A stretch of DNA of 40,817 bases, taken from NCBI GenBank assembly GCA_947500965.1, contig CANMWW010000001.1, positions 1 to 40,817 of the forward strand. The letters are read 5' to 3'. Under the pieces are notes generated by a model. It made no database searches. It was not told the origin of the DNA and saw only the letters and a list, made by a program, of their open reading frames with translations. Below, piece after piece: positions 27,725 to 37,087 of this stretch. A program made the translations under genes and the position numbers. The stretch is from Alphaproteobacteria bacterium. Lineage in GTDB: Bacteria > Pseudomonadota > Alphaproteobacteria > CACIAM-22H2. Position 1 is the stretch's first letter; each line of letters opens with the position of its first letter.

Positions 27725-29890
27725 TCAGCGCGGCGACAGGCGGAAGCGCGTGTCGCCGTCGCGCTCGACCTGGGCGACGAGGTCGACCTCCCAGTCCAGG
27801 TAGCCCTTCATCGCCTGCTCGACGCCGGCCTCCTTGTCGTAGGGCCGGTACCAGACGTCGATCGCCTCGTCGGCCGGCGCGGTGGCGCCGGACTCCAGCG
27901 CCAGGCCCGCCGCCTTCCAGCCCCGCGTGCCGCCGAGCAGGACGCGCGCGTCGCGCCCCGCGAGCTCGGGCAGGGCAAGGCGCGCGAGCACGCCGTCGGA
28001 CGAGGTCAGCACGATCGTCCTGCCGGCCGGCAGCCGCGCGAGCGCGCGGTCCAGCCTGCCGCGTATCGCCCAGGAGGCGCCGGGCACGTGGCCGTCGCGG
28101 TAGCGCAGGCTGGTGTCGAGGTCGACGACGCAGGCCGTGCCGGCGTCGAGCATCGCCTTGAGCGCGGCCGGGTCGACGAAGTCGCAGGCGATCGCGCCGA
28201 GGCCGGGCACGTGCACGGGCTCGGGGCCGGTGACGAGGTCCTGGCCCTCGAGCGCGCGGTCGAGGACATGCACCTCCCAGCCGAGCTGGTGGAGCCAGGA
28301 CGCGGTCATGATCGAGCGCGTGCCGGTGTCGCAGGCGAGCACGATGCGCGCGCCGAGCGTGCCGACATAGCGGTCGGTCGCCTGCACGAGCTGGCCGCCC
28401 GGCGCGGAGCGGAACCCCGGCAGGTGGCCGGCCTCGTATTCGCGCGGGTCGCGCACGTCGAAGCGGAAGAGCGTGCGGCGGTCCGATTCCTCCTCGAACG
28501 CGGCGAGCGCGGCACGGTCGACGAAGGTCAGGGCGAAGCGGCGCGCGACCGCGTCGGCCGCGGCGCGCGCGCGCGCCTTGGCGGCGGGGCCGGGTTCCGG
28601 CGCGTGGCGCGTGGCGCCACGCTCGAGCTGCAGCCCGGCGAGGTGCCAGCCCATCGTGCCGTTCTTGAGCGCCACGACGCGGTTCGGGACGCCGGCGTTG
28701 ATCAGCGACTGCGCGCCGATGATCGAGCGCGTGCGGCCGGCGCAGTTGACGACGACGAAGGTCCCGGGGTCCGGCGCCACCTCGAAGATGCGGTGGACGA
28801 GCTCGGCGCCCGGGCAGTCGACGCCGCCGGGGATGTTCATCTTCCGGTACTCGTCCATCGGGCGCGAATCGAGGATCACCATCCGCCCGCCCGACGCGGC
28901 GAGGGCGGCGATCTCGGCCGCCTCCATGCGCGGCGTGCCGTCATGGTGCTCGACGAACTCGCCGAAGGCCTTGCTCGGCACGTTGATGCCGGTGAAGACC
29001 TCGTATCCCTCCGCGCGCCAGGCCGCGAGCCCGCCCGCGAGGATCGAGATGTCGCGATAGCCGGCATGGGCGAGGCGGCGCGCGGCGCGGCGCGCCACGG
29101 CGCCGTCGCCGCCATCCATGACGACCACGGGCGCGGAGCGCCGCGGCGCCAGCGCAGAGATGCGCATCTCCAGCCTCGAGAGCGGCAGGGAATTGGCCCA
29201 GAAGAGATGGCCCTCGGCGAACTCGCCCTCCTCGCGCACGTCGAACAGCGCGAGCTCGGCGCCCGCGCGCAGCATGCGCTTGAGCGCGGCCGGCGCGACG
29301 ACCGGCGCGCCGATCGTCGGGCTCGCCGGGAAGACCGCGTAGGCGCCGCCATCGCCGTGCTGGAAGGCGATGCGCCCCGGCAGGTCCTCGAGGCTGAGGC
29401 CGTACATGTGCAGGTGCAGGCTGGGCTGGTCGCCCACGACCTCGATCGTGTGGAAGTCGTCGGGCAGGAAGCCGACCGCGCTGCCCTGGCGCACGGTGTG
29501 CTCGCCGGTGCGGCGCAGCCTGCCCTGGCCCGGCGTCGCGCGGTCGTCGACGCGGTCGAAGAAGACGTTGTGCTCGTCGCCATGCACGCCCGCGATCACG
29601 GCCCAGGTCGTGTGGTTGTGCGGCGGCTGCGCCTTGCCCGGCATGCCGGCCGAGGCATAGAGCGCGAAGCGACGGTCCGCGTCCTCGGAGAGGCGATAGA
29701 TCTCGCCGGTCCTGCCCGCGGGCACGGGGAAGTGCTCGAGCGGGAAGAGGCCCGCGCGGCGGCCCAGCGCGACCAGCTCGGACTTGATCCGCTCGATGGT
29801 CTCGCGCGTCGCGCCATGGCGGCGCTCGATCTCGCGCACGCGCGCGACGGTCTCGGCGACGGCGGCGGCGCGGAGCCGGGAAACGTCCAT
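27725..29890 (-). CDS. fusion protein: cysteine-dioxygenase-type cupin (thiol dioxygenase-like) plus four tandem rhodanese modules
   Basis: It is 721 aa. The cupin 3-His pattern is PPHNHTTWAV (H91, H93) and DDFHTIEV (H147). Rhodanese module 1 has no active-site Cys (VVMDGGDGAVARR). Module 2 has VVNCAGRTRS (C383, codon at 28742-28744). Module 3 has LACDTGTRS (C520, codon at 28331-28333). Module 4 has no Cys (LTSSDGVLAR). A strong RBS GAGGAGG lies 7 nt before the ATG. Confidence 0.75.
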   Translation of the reverse strand: MDVSRLRAAAVAETVARVREIERRHGATRETIERIKSELVALGRRAGLFPLEHFPVPAGRTGEIYRLSEDADRRFALYASAGMPGKAQPPHNHTTWAVIAGVHGDEHNVFFDRVDDRATPGQGRLRRTGEHTVRQGSAVGFLPDDFHTIEVVGDQPSLHLHMYGLSLEDLPGRIAFQHGDGGAYAVFPASPTIGAPVVAPAALKRMLRAGAELALFDVREEGEFAEGHLFWANSLPLSRLEMRISALAPRRSAPVVVMDGGDGAVARRAARRLAHAGYRDISILAGGLAAWRAEGYEVFTGINVPSKAFGEFVEHHDGTPRMEAAEIAALAASGGRMVILDSRPMDEYRKMNIPGGVDCPGAELVHRIFEVAPDPGTFVVVNCAGRTRSIIGAQSLINAGVPNRVVALKNGTMGWHLAGLQLERGATRHAPEPGPAAKARARAAADAVARRFALTFVDRAALAAFEEESDRRTLFRFDVRDPREYEAGHLPGFRSAPGGQLVQATDRYVGTLGARIVLACDTGTRSIMTASWLHQLGWEVHVLDRALEGQDLVTGPEPVHVPGLGAIACDFVDPAALKAMLDAGTACVVDLDTSLRYRDGHVPGASWAIRGRLDRALARLPAGRTIVLTSSDGVLARLALPELAGRDARVLLGGTRGWKAAGLALESGATAPADEAIDVWYRPYDKEAGVEQAMKGYLDWEVDLVAQVERDGDTRFRLSPR

Positions 29891-30052
29891 TGGCTGGTCC
29901 TCCTCTTGCGCGCGGCAATCTCCGCCATGCCGCGCCGCCGTTCAACCCGGCCCGAGCCACGGCAGAAGCGCCGGGTGCGCGGAGCGGCCTCGTCGACCTG
30001 TAACGCGCGCCTGCCCCGACTTCACGCGCCAGTCCCGGCAAGTTCACGCGGC

Positions 30053-31666
30053 TCAGCCGCGCGCCGCCTCCCAGCCGCGGCCCGGGATCGCGGCGATGAG
30101 GTCCCGCGTGTAGGGATGGGCGGGCCGGGTGAAGATCGCGGCCGGCGTGCCCGTCTCCACGATCTCCCCCTGGCGCATCACCGCGATGCGGTCGGCGATC
30201 TCCGAGGCCACGCGCAGGTCGTGGGTGATGAACAGCATGGTGAGGCCGAGGCGCTTCTTCATGTCGGCGATCAGCGCCAGCACCTGCGCCTGCACCGACA
30301 CGTCGAGCGCGGAGACGGGCTCGTCGGCGACCAGAAGCTCGGGCTCGAGCGCCAGCGCGCGGGCGAGCCCGATGCGCTGGCGCTGGCCGCCGGAGAATTC
30401 GTGCGGGAAGCGCGTGGCCGCCGCGGGGTCGAGGCCCACGAGCGCCAGCAGCTCGCGCGCCCGCGCGATCGCCTCGGCGCGCGGCGTGCCGTGGGTGATC
30501 GGTCCCTCGGCGACGATCTCGCCCACGCGCCGGCGCGGGTTGAGCGAGGCGAAGGGATCCTGGAACACCATCTGCGCGCGGCGCCGGAACGGCTTGAAGG
30601 CGCGCTGGCTGATCCCGGTGACGACGGTCCCGCCGATCCGGATCTCGCCCTCGCTCGGCTCGACCAGGCGCACCACGCAGCGCGCCAGCGTCGACTTGCC
30701 CGAGCCGGACTCGCCGACCAGCGCCAGCGTCTCGCCGCGCGCGAGCGAGAGGCTGGCCTTGCGCACGGCGTGCACCGGCGTGCGGCGCGAGAGCAGGCCG
30801 CCGCGCCAGAACACCTTCGAGACGCCGTCGATGGCGAGGAGCGGCGGCTCCGCCGGCCGCGGCGCGACCTCGCGCCCGGCGAGGCGCGGGACGGCCGCGA
30901 TCAGGCGGCGCGTGTAGTCGTGGCGCGGGCGCGAGAGCACCTCGTCGCGCGCGCCGATCTCGACGATCCGGCCATGCTGCATGACGGCGATGCGGTCGGC
31001 GATCTCCGCCACGACGCCGAAGTCGTGCGTGACGAAGAGGATGCCCGTGCCGCGCGTCGCCTGCAGGTCGCGCACGAGGGCGAGGATCTGCGCCTGGGTG
31101 GTGACGTCGAGCGCGGTCGTCGGCTCGTCGCAGACCAGCAGCGACGGACGCAGCGCGAGCGCCATGGCGATCATCACGCGCTGGCGCTGCCCTCCGGAGA
31201 GCCGGAAGGGATAGGCGTCGACGGCGAGCTCCGGCGACGGGATGCGGACCTCGGCGAGCAGCTCGATGGCGCGCGCGCGGCGCGACGCCGCGTCCCCCTC
31301 GCCATGCGCCTCCATCACCTCCGCGATCTGCTGGCCGACCGGCATGATCGGGTTGAGCGCGGTCATCGGCTCCTGGAAGACCATCGCGATCTCGCGGCCG
31401 CGGATCGCGCGCATCTCCTCCTTGCCGAGGCGCAGCAGGTCCCTGCCGCCGAAGCGGATCGACCCCGCGACCGCGGGCAGGCGCCTGGGCAGCAGCCCCA
31501 TGATCGCGGCGGCGGAGATCGACTTGCCCGAGCCCGACTCGCCGACGATGCAGAGGATCTCCCCCCTGGCGAGGTCGAAGCCGACATCCTCGACGGCATG
31601 CGGCCGGTCGCCGCCGGGCGGCAGGGCGACGGTGAGCCCGGAGACGGAGAGCAGCGGCGCGCTCAC
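30053..31666 (-). CDS. peptide-type ABC transporter ATP-binding protein with two fused ATPase domains (GsiA/DppDF-fusion-like)
   Basis: GTGA overlap with the upstream permease. Both halves carry the ATPase motifs: GESGSGKS twice, LSGGQRQR twice, and Walker [13 protein letters not shown] and [20 protein letters not shown] and HPYTRDLI tails are present. It is 537 aa. Confidence 0.85.
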   Translation of the reverse strand: MSAPLLSVSGLTVALPPGGDRPHAVEDVGFDLARGEILCIVGESGSGKSISAAAIMGLLPRRLPAVAGSIRFGGRDLLRLGKEEMRAIRGREIAMVFQEPMTALNPIMPVGQQIAEVMEAHGEGDAASRRARAIELLAEVRIPSPELAVDAYPFRLSGGQRQRVMIAMALALRPSLLVCDEPTTALDVTTQAQILALVRDLQATRGTGILFVTHDFGVVAEIADRIAVMQHGRIVEIGARDEVLSRPRHDYTRRLIAAVPRLAGREVAPRPAEPPLLAIDGVSKVFWRGGLLSRRTPVHAVRKASLSLARGETLALVGESGSGKSTLARCVVRLVEPSEGEIRIGGTVVTGISQRAFKPFRRRAQMVFQDPFASLNPRRRVGEIVAEGPITHGTPRAEAIARARELLALVGLDPAAATRFPHEFSGGQRQRIGLARALALEPELLVADEPVSALDVSVQAQVLALIADMKKRLGLTMLFITHDLRVASEIADRIAVMRQGEIVETGTPAAIFTRPAHPYTRDLIAAIPGRGWEAARG

Positions 31667-32502
31667 GCCGCGCCCCTTTCGTGCAGGCGCGGGTTGAGGG
31701 CGTCGGAGATGCCCTCGCCGATGAGGTTGAGCGACAGTACGGTGAGGAACAGCGCGATGCCCGGGAAGACGCTCGTCCACCAGGCGATGCGGATCGTCGA
31801 GCGGCCCGAGCCGATCATGAAGCCCCAGCTCATCACGTTCGGGTCGCCGAGGCCGAGGAAGGAGAGCGCGGCCTCGAGCAGGATCGCGGTCGCGACCATG
31901 AAGGACGACAGCACGACGATCGGCGACAGCGCGTTGGGCAGGATCTGGCGCAGGACGATCGTCCAGGTCCCCTGCCCCAGCACCACCGCCGCCTGCACGA
32001 ACTCGCGCGAGCGCAGGCTCATGAACTCCGCGCGCACGACGCGGGCCACCGGCGGCCAGGACACGATCGCGACCGCCACGACGATCGAGCCCACCGTCGG
32101 CTGGAAGATCGCGACGATGAGCAGCGCGAGGATGAAGCTGGGGATCGACTGGAAGAACTCCGTGAAGCGCATCAGCAGGTCGTCCGCGACCCCGCCGAGA
32201 TAGCCGGCCACCGCGCCGATCGACACGCCGATCAGCACCGCGGCGAGCGTCGCGCCGCCGCCGACGAGGAGCGAGACGCGCGCGCCATGGACGATCGTCG
32301 CCCAGACGTCGCGGCCCAGCATGTCCGTGCCAAGCCAGTGCTCCGGGTCGAAGGCGTCGGTGCGCGGCGGCCCCGCCATGCTCCACGGGTCGCCCGGCGC
32401 GATCCACGGCGCGAAGGCGGCCATGGCGAGCACGAGCGCGAAGACGACGCAGCCCGCGACCGCGCCGCGGTTGGTGGCGAAGCGCCTCCAGAACCCGCTC
32501 AT
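31663..32502 (-). CDS. peptide-type ABC transporter permease (DppC-like)
   Basis: ATGA overlap with the upstream permease. It has the HWLGTDMLGRDVWATIVHGARVSL motif and is 279 aa. Confidence 0.85.
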   Translation of the reverse strand: MSGFWRRFATNRGAVAGCVVFALVLAMAAFAPWIAPGDPWSMAGPPRTDAFDPEHWLGTDMLGRDVWATIVHGARVSLLVGGGATLAAVLIGVSIGAVAGYLGGVADDLLMRFTEFFQSIPSFILALLIVAIFQPTVGSIVVAVAIVSWPPVARVVRAEFMSLRSREFVQAAVVLGQGTWTIVLRQILPNALSPIVVLSSFMVATAILLEAALSFLGLGDPNVMSWGFMIGSGRSTIRIAWWTSVFPGIALFLTVLSLNLIGEGISDALNPRLHERGAA

Positions 32503-33485
32503 CCCTCCACCTCGATGCGCGGGTCGACCAGCGCCACCACGATGTCCGTCACGAGGTTGATCGCCACCGCCATCGCCGAGGTGACGATGAAGACGCCGAG
32601 CAGCAGGTTGTAGTCGCGCGCGAGCAGCGCCTCGAAGGCGAGGCGGCCGACGCCGGGCCAGGAGAACACGGTCTCCACCAGGATGGAGCCGCCCACGAGC
32701 TGGCCCGCCTGCACGCCCGCGAAGCCGACCACGGGCAGGATGGCGTTGCGCAGGACGTGGCGGCGCAGGATCGGCCCCTCGCGCATGCCCTTCGCGCGCG
32801 CGGTGCGCACGAAGTCCTGGCTCGCGACCTCGAGCATCGAGGCGCGCGTCAGGCGCGCGTAGAGCGCCATGTAGAAGAGCCCGAGCGTCAGCGCCGGCAG
32901 CAGGAGGTGCCGCGCGACGTCGGCCACGGCGGCGAGGCCGGAGAGGTCCGCGCCCACGGTGAACATGCCGAGCGCGGGAAGCCAGCCGAGCCAGACCGCG
33001 AAGACGAGGATGAAGATCAGCCCGACCCAGAAGATCGGCGTGGCGTAGAAGGTCAGCGCGAGCACGGTCACCACGCTGTCCGCGACGGTGCCCACGCGCC
33101 GTGCCGCGATCGCGCCGAGCGCCACGCCCGCCGCGAGCGCGAAGGCGAAGGCCGTGCCGGTGAGCAGGATCGTGGCGGGCAGGCGCTCGACGAGCAGGCT
33201 GGCCACGGTCCGCTGCACGCGATGCGAGACGCCGAAGTCGAGCGTCGCCACGCCCTTGACGTAGAGCCAGAGCTGGACCGGGAGCGGCTGGTCGAGGCCG
33301 AACTGCCGGCGCAGCTGCTCCATGAACTGCGCGTCGGCCGCGCCGGACTGCCCGGCGATGACGCTCGCCGGGTCGCCCGGCGCGAGCCGCACGACGAAGA
33401 ACGCGACGATGACGACGCCCAGCACGACGCCGGCCGCCTTCATCAGCCGGCGCGCGAGGAAGGCGGCGAAGGCGGCGGGGGTCAT
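32499..33485 (-). CDS. peptide-type ABC transporter permease (DppB-like)
   Basis: It has FLARRLMKAAGVVLGVVIVAFFVVRLAPGDP and DFVRTARAKGMREGPILRRHVLRNA. It is 328 aa. Confidence 0.85.
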   Translation of the reverse strand: MTPAAFAAFLARRLMKAAGVVLGVVIVAFFVVRLAPGDPASVIAGQSGAADAQFMEQLRRQFGLDQPLPVQLWLYVKGVATLDFGVSHRVQRTVASLLVERLPATILLTGTAFAFALAAGVALGAIAARRVGTVADSVVTVLALTFYATPIFWVGLIFILVFAVWLGWLPALGMFTVGADLSGLAAVADVARHLLLPALTLGLFYMALYARLTRASMLEVASQDFVRTARAKGMREGPILRRHVLRNAILPVVGFAGVQAGQLVGGSILVETVFSWPGVGRLAFEALLARDYNLLLGVFIVTSAMAVAINLVTDIVVALVDPRIEVEG

Positions 33486-33509
33486 CGGGCCCCCGCCGCC
33501 ACCGGGTCG

Positions 33510-35120
33510 TCAGCCGAAGGAGACGTCCGCGAAGCCGGCATGGACGCCGGTGCCCCCGGTGATGACGTTGCGCAGCCGCCGGTCGTGGATCGTCGGGAAG
33601 GCGAGCTCCATCAGCCAGAGCTGCGGCATGTCCTGGACGAGGATCTTCTGGACCTCGGCGAAGGCCGCGCGGCGCGCATCCGCCGACTGGCTCTCGCGCG
33701 CCACCTTGAACAGCTCGTCGACGCGGGGGTTGGCGTAGCCGCCGGTGTTGGTGAAGGCGATCTTCTGGATGTTGGTCGAGACATAGGTGCGCTCGACGCC
33801 CAGCGTCGGGTCGCCCCACTGGTAGACGAAGTTGACGGTGACGTCGTAGTCCCACTCCGCGAGCTTGCGCGCCCAGGTGCCGGCATCGACGGACTCCGCC
33901 ACCAGCCTCACGCCGAGCTTGCCGAACTGCTGGCGGATGTACTCGCCGAGGCGGTTCCAGATCTCGCCATAGGGCAGGCCCATGAACTTGAGCTCGAAGC
34001 GCGTGCCGTCGGCGCCGCGGCGCAGGCCGGCCTCGTCGAGCAGCGCGTTCGCCGCCTGTTCGCTGAACGCCTCGAGCCTGACCGACGGGTCGTGGAAGCG
34101 CGTCGCCGAGCTGATCGGGCTGGTCGCGGCCTTGCCGACGCCGAACCACAGGCGCTGGACGACGAAGTTGCGGTCGATCGCCATCGACAGGGCGCGGCGC
34201 ACGCGCGCGTCGCCGAGCGGCTTCGAGCGGTGGTTGAGCTCGATCCAGGACAGCGGGCCGTAGTACTGCCAGCCATCGAGGTCGACCTTGAAGTTCTGGT
34301 CGGCCTGGTAGCGCGGTACGTCGAAGGCCTCGATGTCGTTCGGGCCCGCGAGCTGGACCTGCCCGGTCTGCAGCGCCACGCCGCGCAGGTTCGAATCCGG
34401 GATCACGCGGTAGATCAGTTCGTCGAGCAGCGGCTTGCCCGCCTGGCTGTACTTGTCGTGCTTCGCGAGCCTGATGAAGTTGCCGCGCTGCCACTCGGCC
34501 AGCTTGAACGGGCCGGTGCCGTTGGGCGTCTGGTTGGCGGGCGCGTTGCGCATCGCCGCGGCGTCCATGCCGTCGTAGACGTGCTTCGCGACGATCGCGC
34601 AGGTCGTGACGTCGAACATCAGGATGAAGGGCTCGAACGGCGCCTTCAGCCTGATCTCGACGGTCTGGGCGTCCTTCGCGACGCAGGTGTCGATGCGCTG
34701 GAAGATCGCGCGCGAGCGCGGCGACAGTTCCATGTGGAACTTCATGATCGAGAAGACGACGTCGTCGGCCGAGAACGGCTTGCCGTCGTGCCAGGTCACG
34801 CCCGTCTGCAGGTTGAAGGTGTAGGTCGTCCCCGCGGCGTCGATCGACCAGCTTTGCGCGAGGCCGGGCTGCGGCTCGAGCTTCTGGTTGTAGGTGAGCA
34901 GGCCCTCGAAGATCTTGCCGGTGACGATCAGCGTCGGGCCCTGGTTGTTGACGCCGGGCACGAGGATCGGCGGCTCGGGCGTGATCATGGTCGTCAGCGT
35001 CCCGGCGCGGCGCGCCTGCGCCCAGGCCTGCCTCGTCATCGTGCCGAACGGCGTGGCGACGAGGGCTGCAGCGACGGATTTGGCGACGGTGCGGCGGCTG
35101 GCGGCGATCCTGCTGGTCAT
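33510..35120 (-). CDS. ABC transporter substrate-binding protein, family 5 (peptide/nickel/glutathione type), Tat-like signal
   Basis: It has MTSRIAASRRTVAKSVAAALVA...AWAQ and GLAQSWSIDAAGTTYTFNLQTGVTWHDGKPFSADDVVFS. GGGAGA lies 7 nt before the ATG at 35120. Confidence 0.85.
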   Translation of the reverse strand: MTSRIAASRRTVAKSVAAALVATPFGTMTRQAWAQARRAGTLTTMITPEPPILVPGVNNQGPTLIVTGKIFEGLLTYNQKLEPQPGLAQSWSIDAAGTTYTFNLQTGVTWHDGKPFSADDVVFSIMKFHMELSPRSRAIFQRIDTCVAKDAQTVEIRLKAPFEPFILMFDVTTCAIVAKHVYDGMDAAAMRNAPANQTPNGTGPFKLAEWQRGNFIRLAKHDKYSQAGKPLLDELIYRVIPDSNLRGVALQTGQVQLAGPNDIEAFDVPRYQADQNFKVDLDGWQYYGPLSWIELNHRSKPLGDARVRRALSMAIDRNFVVQRLWFGVGKAATSPISSATRFHDPSVRLEAFSEQAANALLDEAGLRRGADGTRFELKFMGLPYGEIWNRLGEYIRQQFGKLGVRLVAESVDAGTWARKLAEWDYDVTVNFVYQWGDPTLGVERTYVSTNIQKIAFTNTGGYANPRVDELFKVARESQSADARRAAFAEVQKILVQDMPQLWLMELAFPTIHDRRLRNVITGGTGVHAGFADVSFG

Positions 35121-35213
35121 GCGTGTCTCCCTGTCTGTCGTCTTGCGCCTAGTAGAATGCGACGCGGCCCCCGACGGCAAGCGCCACGGGGCAGCGCGCA
35201 CGGGCGCGCGGCG

Positions 35214-35798
35214 TCAGCGCCGCGGCGCCCAGGCCCGCAGCCCGGCGAGCAGCGCGACGCCCAGCGCGCTCTTGAGCAGCGTGGCGAGCAGGAAGGGCGC
35301 TGCGCCCAGCAGCCACGCCTTCTCCGGGCCGATCGCGGCGGCGAGCCATGCGAGGCCGAAGGCGAAGATGATCGCATGGCCGCCGAGCATGGCGGCCGCG
35401 AGGCGCGCAAGTCCGCCACCGCCGCCCGCCGCGCCCGCGAACCAGGCCGCGACGAGGAAGCCCGCGAGGTAGCCGCCGGTCGGCCCCGCCATGTAGGCGA
35501 GGCCGATGCCGCGCTCGGGCGTGTCCGCGAAGACCGGCAGGCCGACCGCGCCCTGCAGCAGGTAGAGGGCCACGGTCGCGGCGCCGAGCCGGCTGCCATA
35601 GGCCACGCCCAGAACCAGCACGACCATGGTCTGCATGGTCATCGGCACGGGGTGGAAGGGCACCTTCAGCTTCGCCGAGAGCGTCAGCAGCACGGATCCC
35701 GCCAGGGCGAGCAGCACGGCGCGCAGGATCGTGCGGCTGGCAAGGGCTGGGCCGGCGAGGGACGCGGAAGGCTTCGCGTCGCGGGAGGACGAGGTCAT
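35214..35798 (-). CDS. bioY: biotin transporter S-component BioY
   Basis: The BioY-like motifs are LSAKLKVPFHPVPMTMQTMVVLVLGVAYG and GPTGGYLAGFLVAAW. The start is at the ATG at 35798. Confidence 0.8.
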   Translation of the reverse strand: MTSSSRDAKPSASLAGPALASRTILRAVLLALAGSVLLTLSAKLKVPFHPVPMTMQTMVVLVLGVAYGSRLGAATVALYLLQGAVGLPVFADTPERGIGLAYMAGPTGGYLAGFLVAAWFAGAAGGGGGLARLAAAMLGGHAIIFAFGLAWLAAAIGPEKAWLLGAAPFLLATLLKSALGVALLAGLRAWAPRR

Positions 35799-35898
35799 CT
35801 TGCTGGCACCATGCGATGGGTCGGGATGGCGCGAGGCTATCATCGCGCGCCGCGCCGCGGCAAAGCGGCGGCGCCGCGCCGGCGATCGCGCGGGTGGC

Positions 35899-36972
35899 TC
35901 AGGCGGCGGGCGCGTCGACGACGTAGTGCAGGTCGACGAAGCGGCGCACGACGCTCCCCACGATCGCCGTGTTCACGTGGCGCGAATTGCCGTCCTCGAG
36001 GCCCATCACGGGAAAATGCGCATGCAGCGCGCCCTGGCGGAAGACCTCGAAGGAGGGGATGTAGCGCACGCGGCGCGTCGCCAGCACCTCCTCGAGCGCA
36101 GCGCGCAGGATCGCCTTCGACGCCGCGTCGGACACGAAGGCGTTCCCGCCATGCGCCAGCGTGCCGGCGAGCGGCACCGGCGAGACGGTCATGAAGACGT
36201 CCCGGAAGCCGCGCGCCTCGCATGCGTCGACGATGCGCGCGAGCTGGCCCGCCACCGTGGCGACGCGGGGACCGTCGAAGCGCGCACCGGGTTCGATTCG
36301 CGAGATCGGCTCGCCCGTCGCGCCGGAGACCAGCGAGTAGGCGCAACCCAGCGTCAGCACCAGCGTGTCGGAGGCGAGGAACGCGGCGCGCACCTCGTCG
36401 AGCGCGGCGAGCTCGCGGATGTCGTCGCGCAGCAGCAGGCCGCGTCGCTCGCCCGTCTCGAGGTAGTGGAAGAGGTCGACGTTGTTGCGCGGGCTGTTGA
36501 TGCTCTCGGCGAGCACGGTCGTGTGGATGCGCGCGCCGAGGCTGGAGAGATGCCCGGCGACATTGGTCGCGAAGCAGCTGCCGACGCAGAAGAAGCGCGC
36601 CGCGGCGAGCGGCCGCCGCGGCGCCTCTCCCTCCGGCGCGGGCATCGCGTCCGCGACGAACGCGTCCATCGCCGCCCGGTCGTGGATGAACAGGGATTGC
36701 GGGTAGCGGCCGACCGGGAACTTCTGTTCCTCGGCGACCACCGAGAGCGACACCTTGCCCAGCAGCCCGGCGAGGTCGTCCGCCGTGCAGTACTGGCCGA
36801 CGAGCCGCTTGACCTCGCGCCTGGCCTCGGCCGTATCGCGCAAGGCGAGGTAGAACTGGAGATTGGCGTGGCAGTGCCTGGACAGCGCGGCCAACACGCC
36901 GGCCCTCGTGGGCACCCCGGAGGGATGCTCGCGGGCGATCTCGACCAGAAGCCCGGCAACCAGCGGATCCAT
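35899..36972 (-). CDS. GSCFA-domain protein (uncharacterised SGNH-like family)
   Basis: The eponymous motif is present: RFFCVGSCFATNVAGHL. The ATG at 36972 is preceded by GGGAGGG. A longer start at 37017 is less likely. Confidence 0.7.
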   Translation of the reverse strand: MDPLVAGLLVEIAREHPSGVPTRAGVLAALSRHCHANLQFYLALRDTAEARREVKRLVGQYCTADDLAGLLGKVSLSVVAEEQKFPVGRYPQSLFIHDRAAMDAFVADAMPAPEGEAPRRPLAAARFFCVGSCFATNVAGHLSSLGARIHTTVLAESINSPRNNVDLFHYLETGERRGLLLRDDIRELAALDEVRAAFLASDTLVLTLGCAYSLVSGATGEPISRIEPGARFDGPRVATVAGQLARIVDACEARGFRDVFMTVSPVPLAGTLAHGGNAFVSDAASKAILRAALEEVLATRRVRYIPSFEVFRQGALHAHFPVMGLEDGNSRHVNTAIVGSVVRRFVDLHYVVDAPAA

Positions 36973-37087
36973 GCCATGGCCCTCCCGCCGCGGGAGACGG
37001 ACCGTCTCGCGGCCCACCGCGACGGGAAGGATACTAGGGCATTCTACCTATGGATGCATCCGTGGCGACGGCGCGGTCCCCGCGCGC

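Noticed and set aside
28088-32203. A 1371-aa plus-strand ORF, with similar long ORFs at 16119-18680 (+), 32757-36194 (+), 2261-3895 (-), 13958-15715 (-) and 18581-20473 (-).
   Set aside because: All are antisense or out of frame relative to well-supported genes (rhodanese fusion, ABC components, SBPs, TrkH, MlrC). They have Arg/Ala/Pro-biased low-complexity sequence and are high-GC artefacts.
35799-35898. A biotin-responsive operator (BioR TTATMKATAA-type or BirA site) upstream of bioY.
   Set aside because: No AT-rich palindrome of that type is present in the 100-nt spacer.
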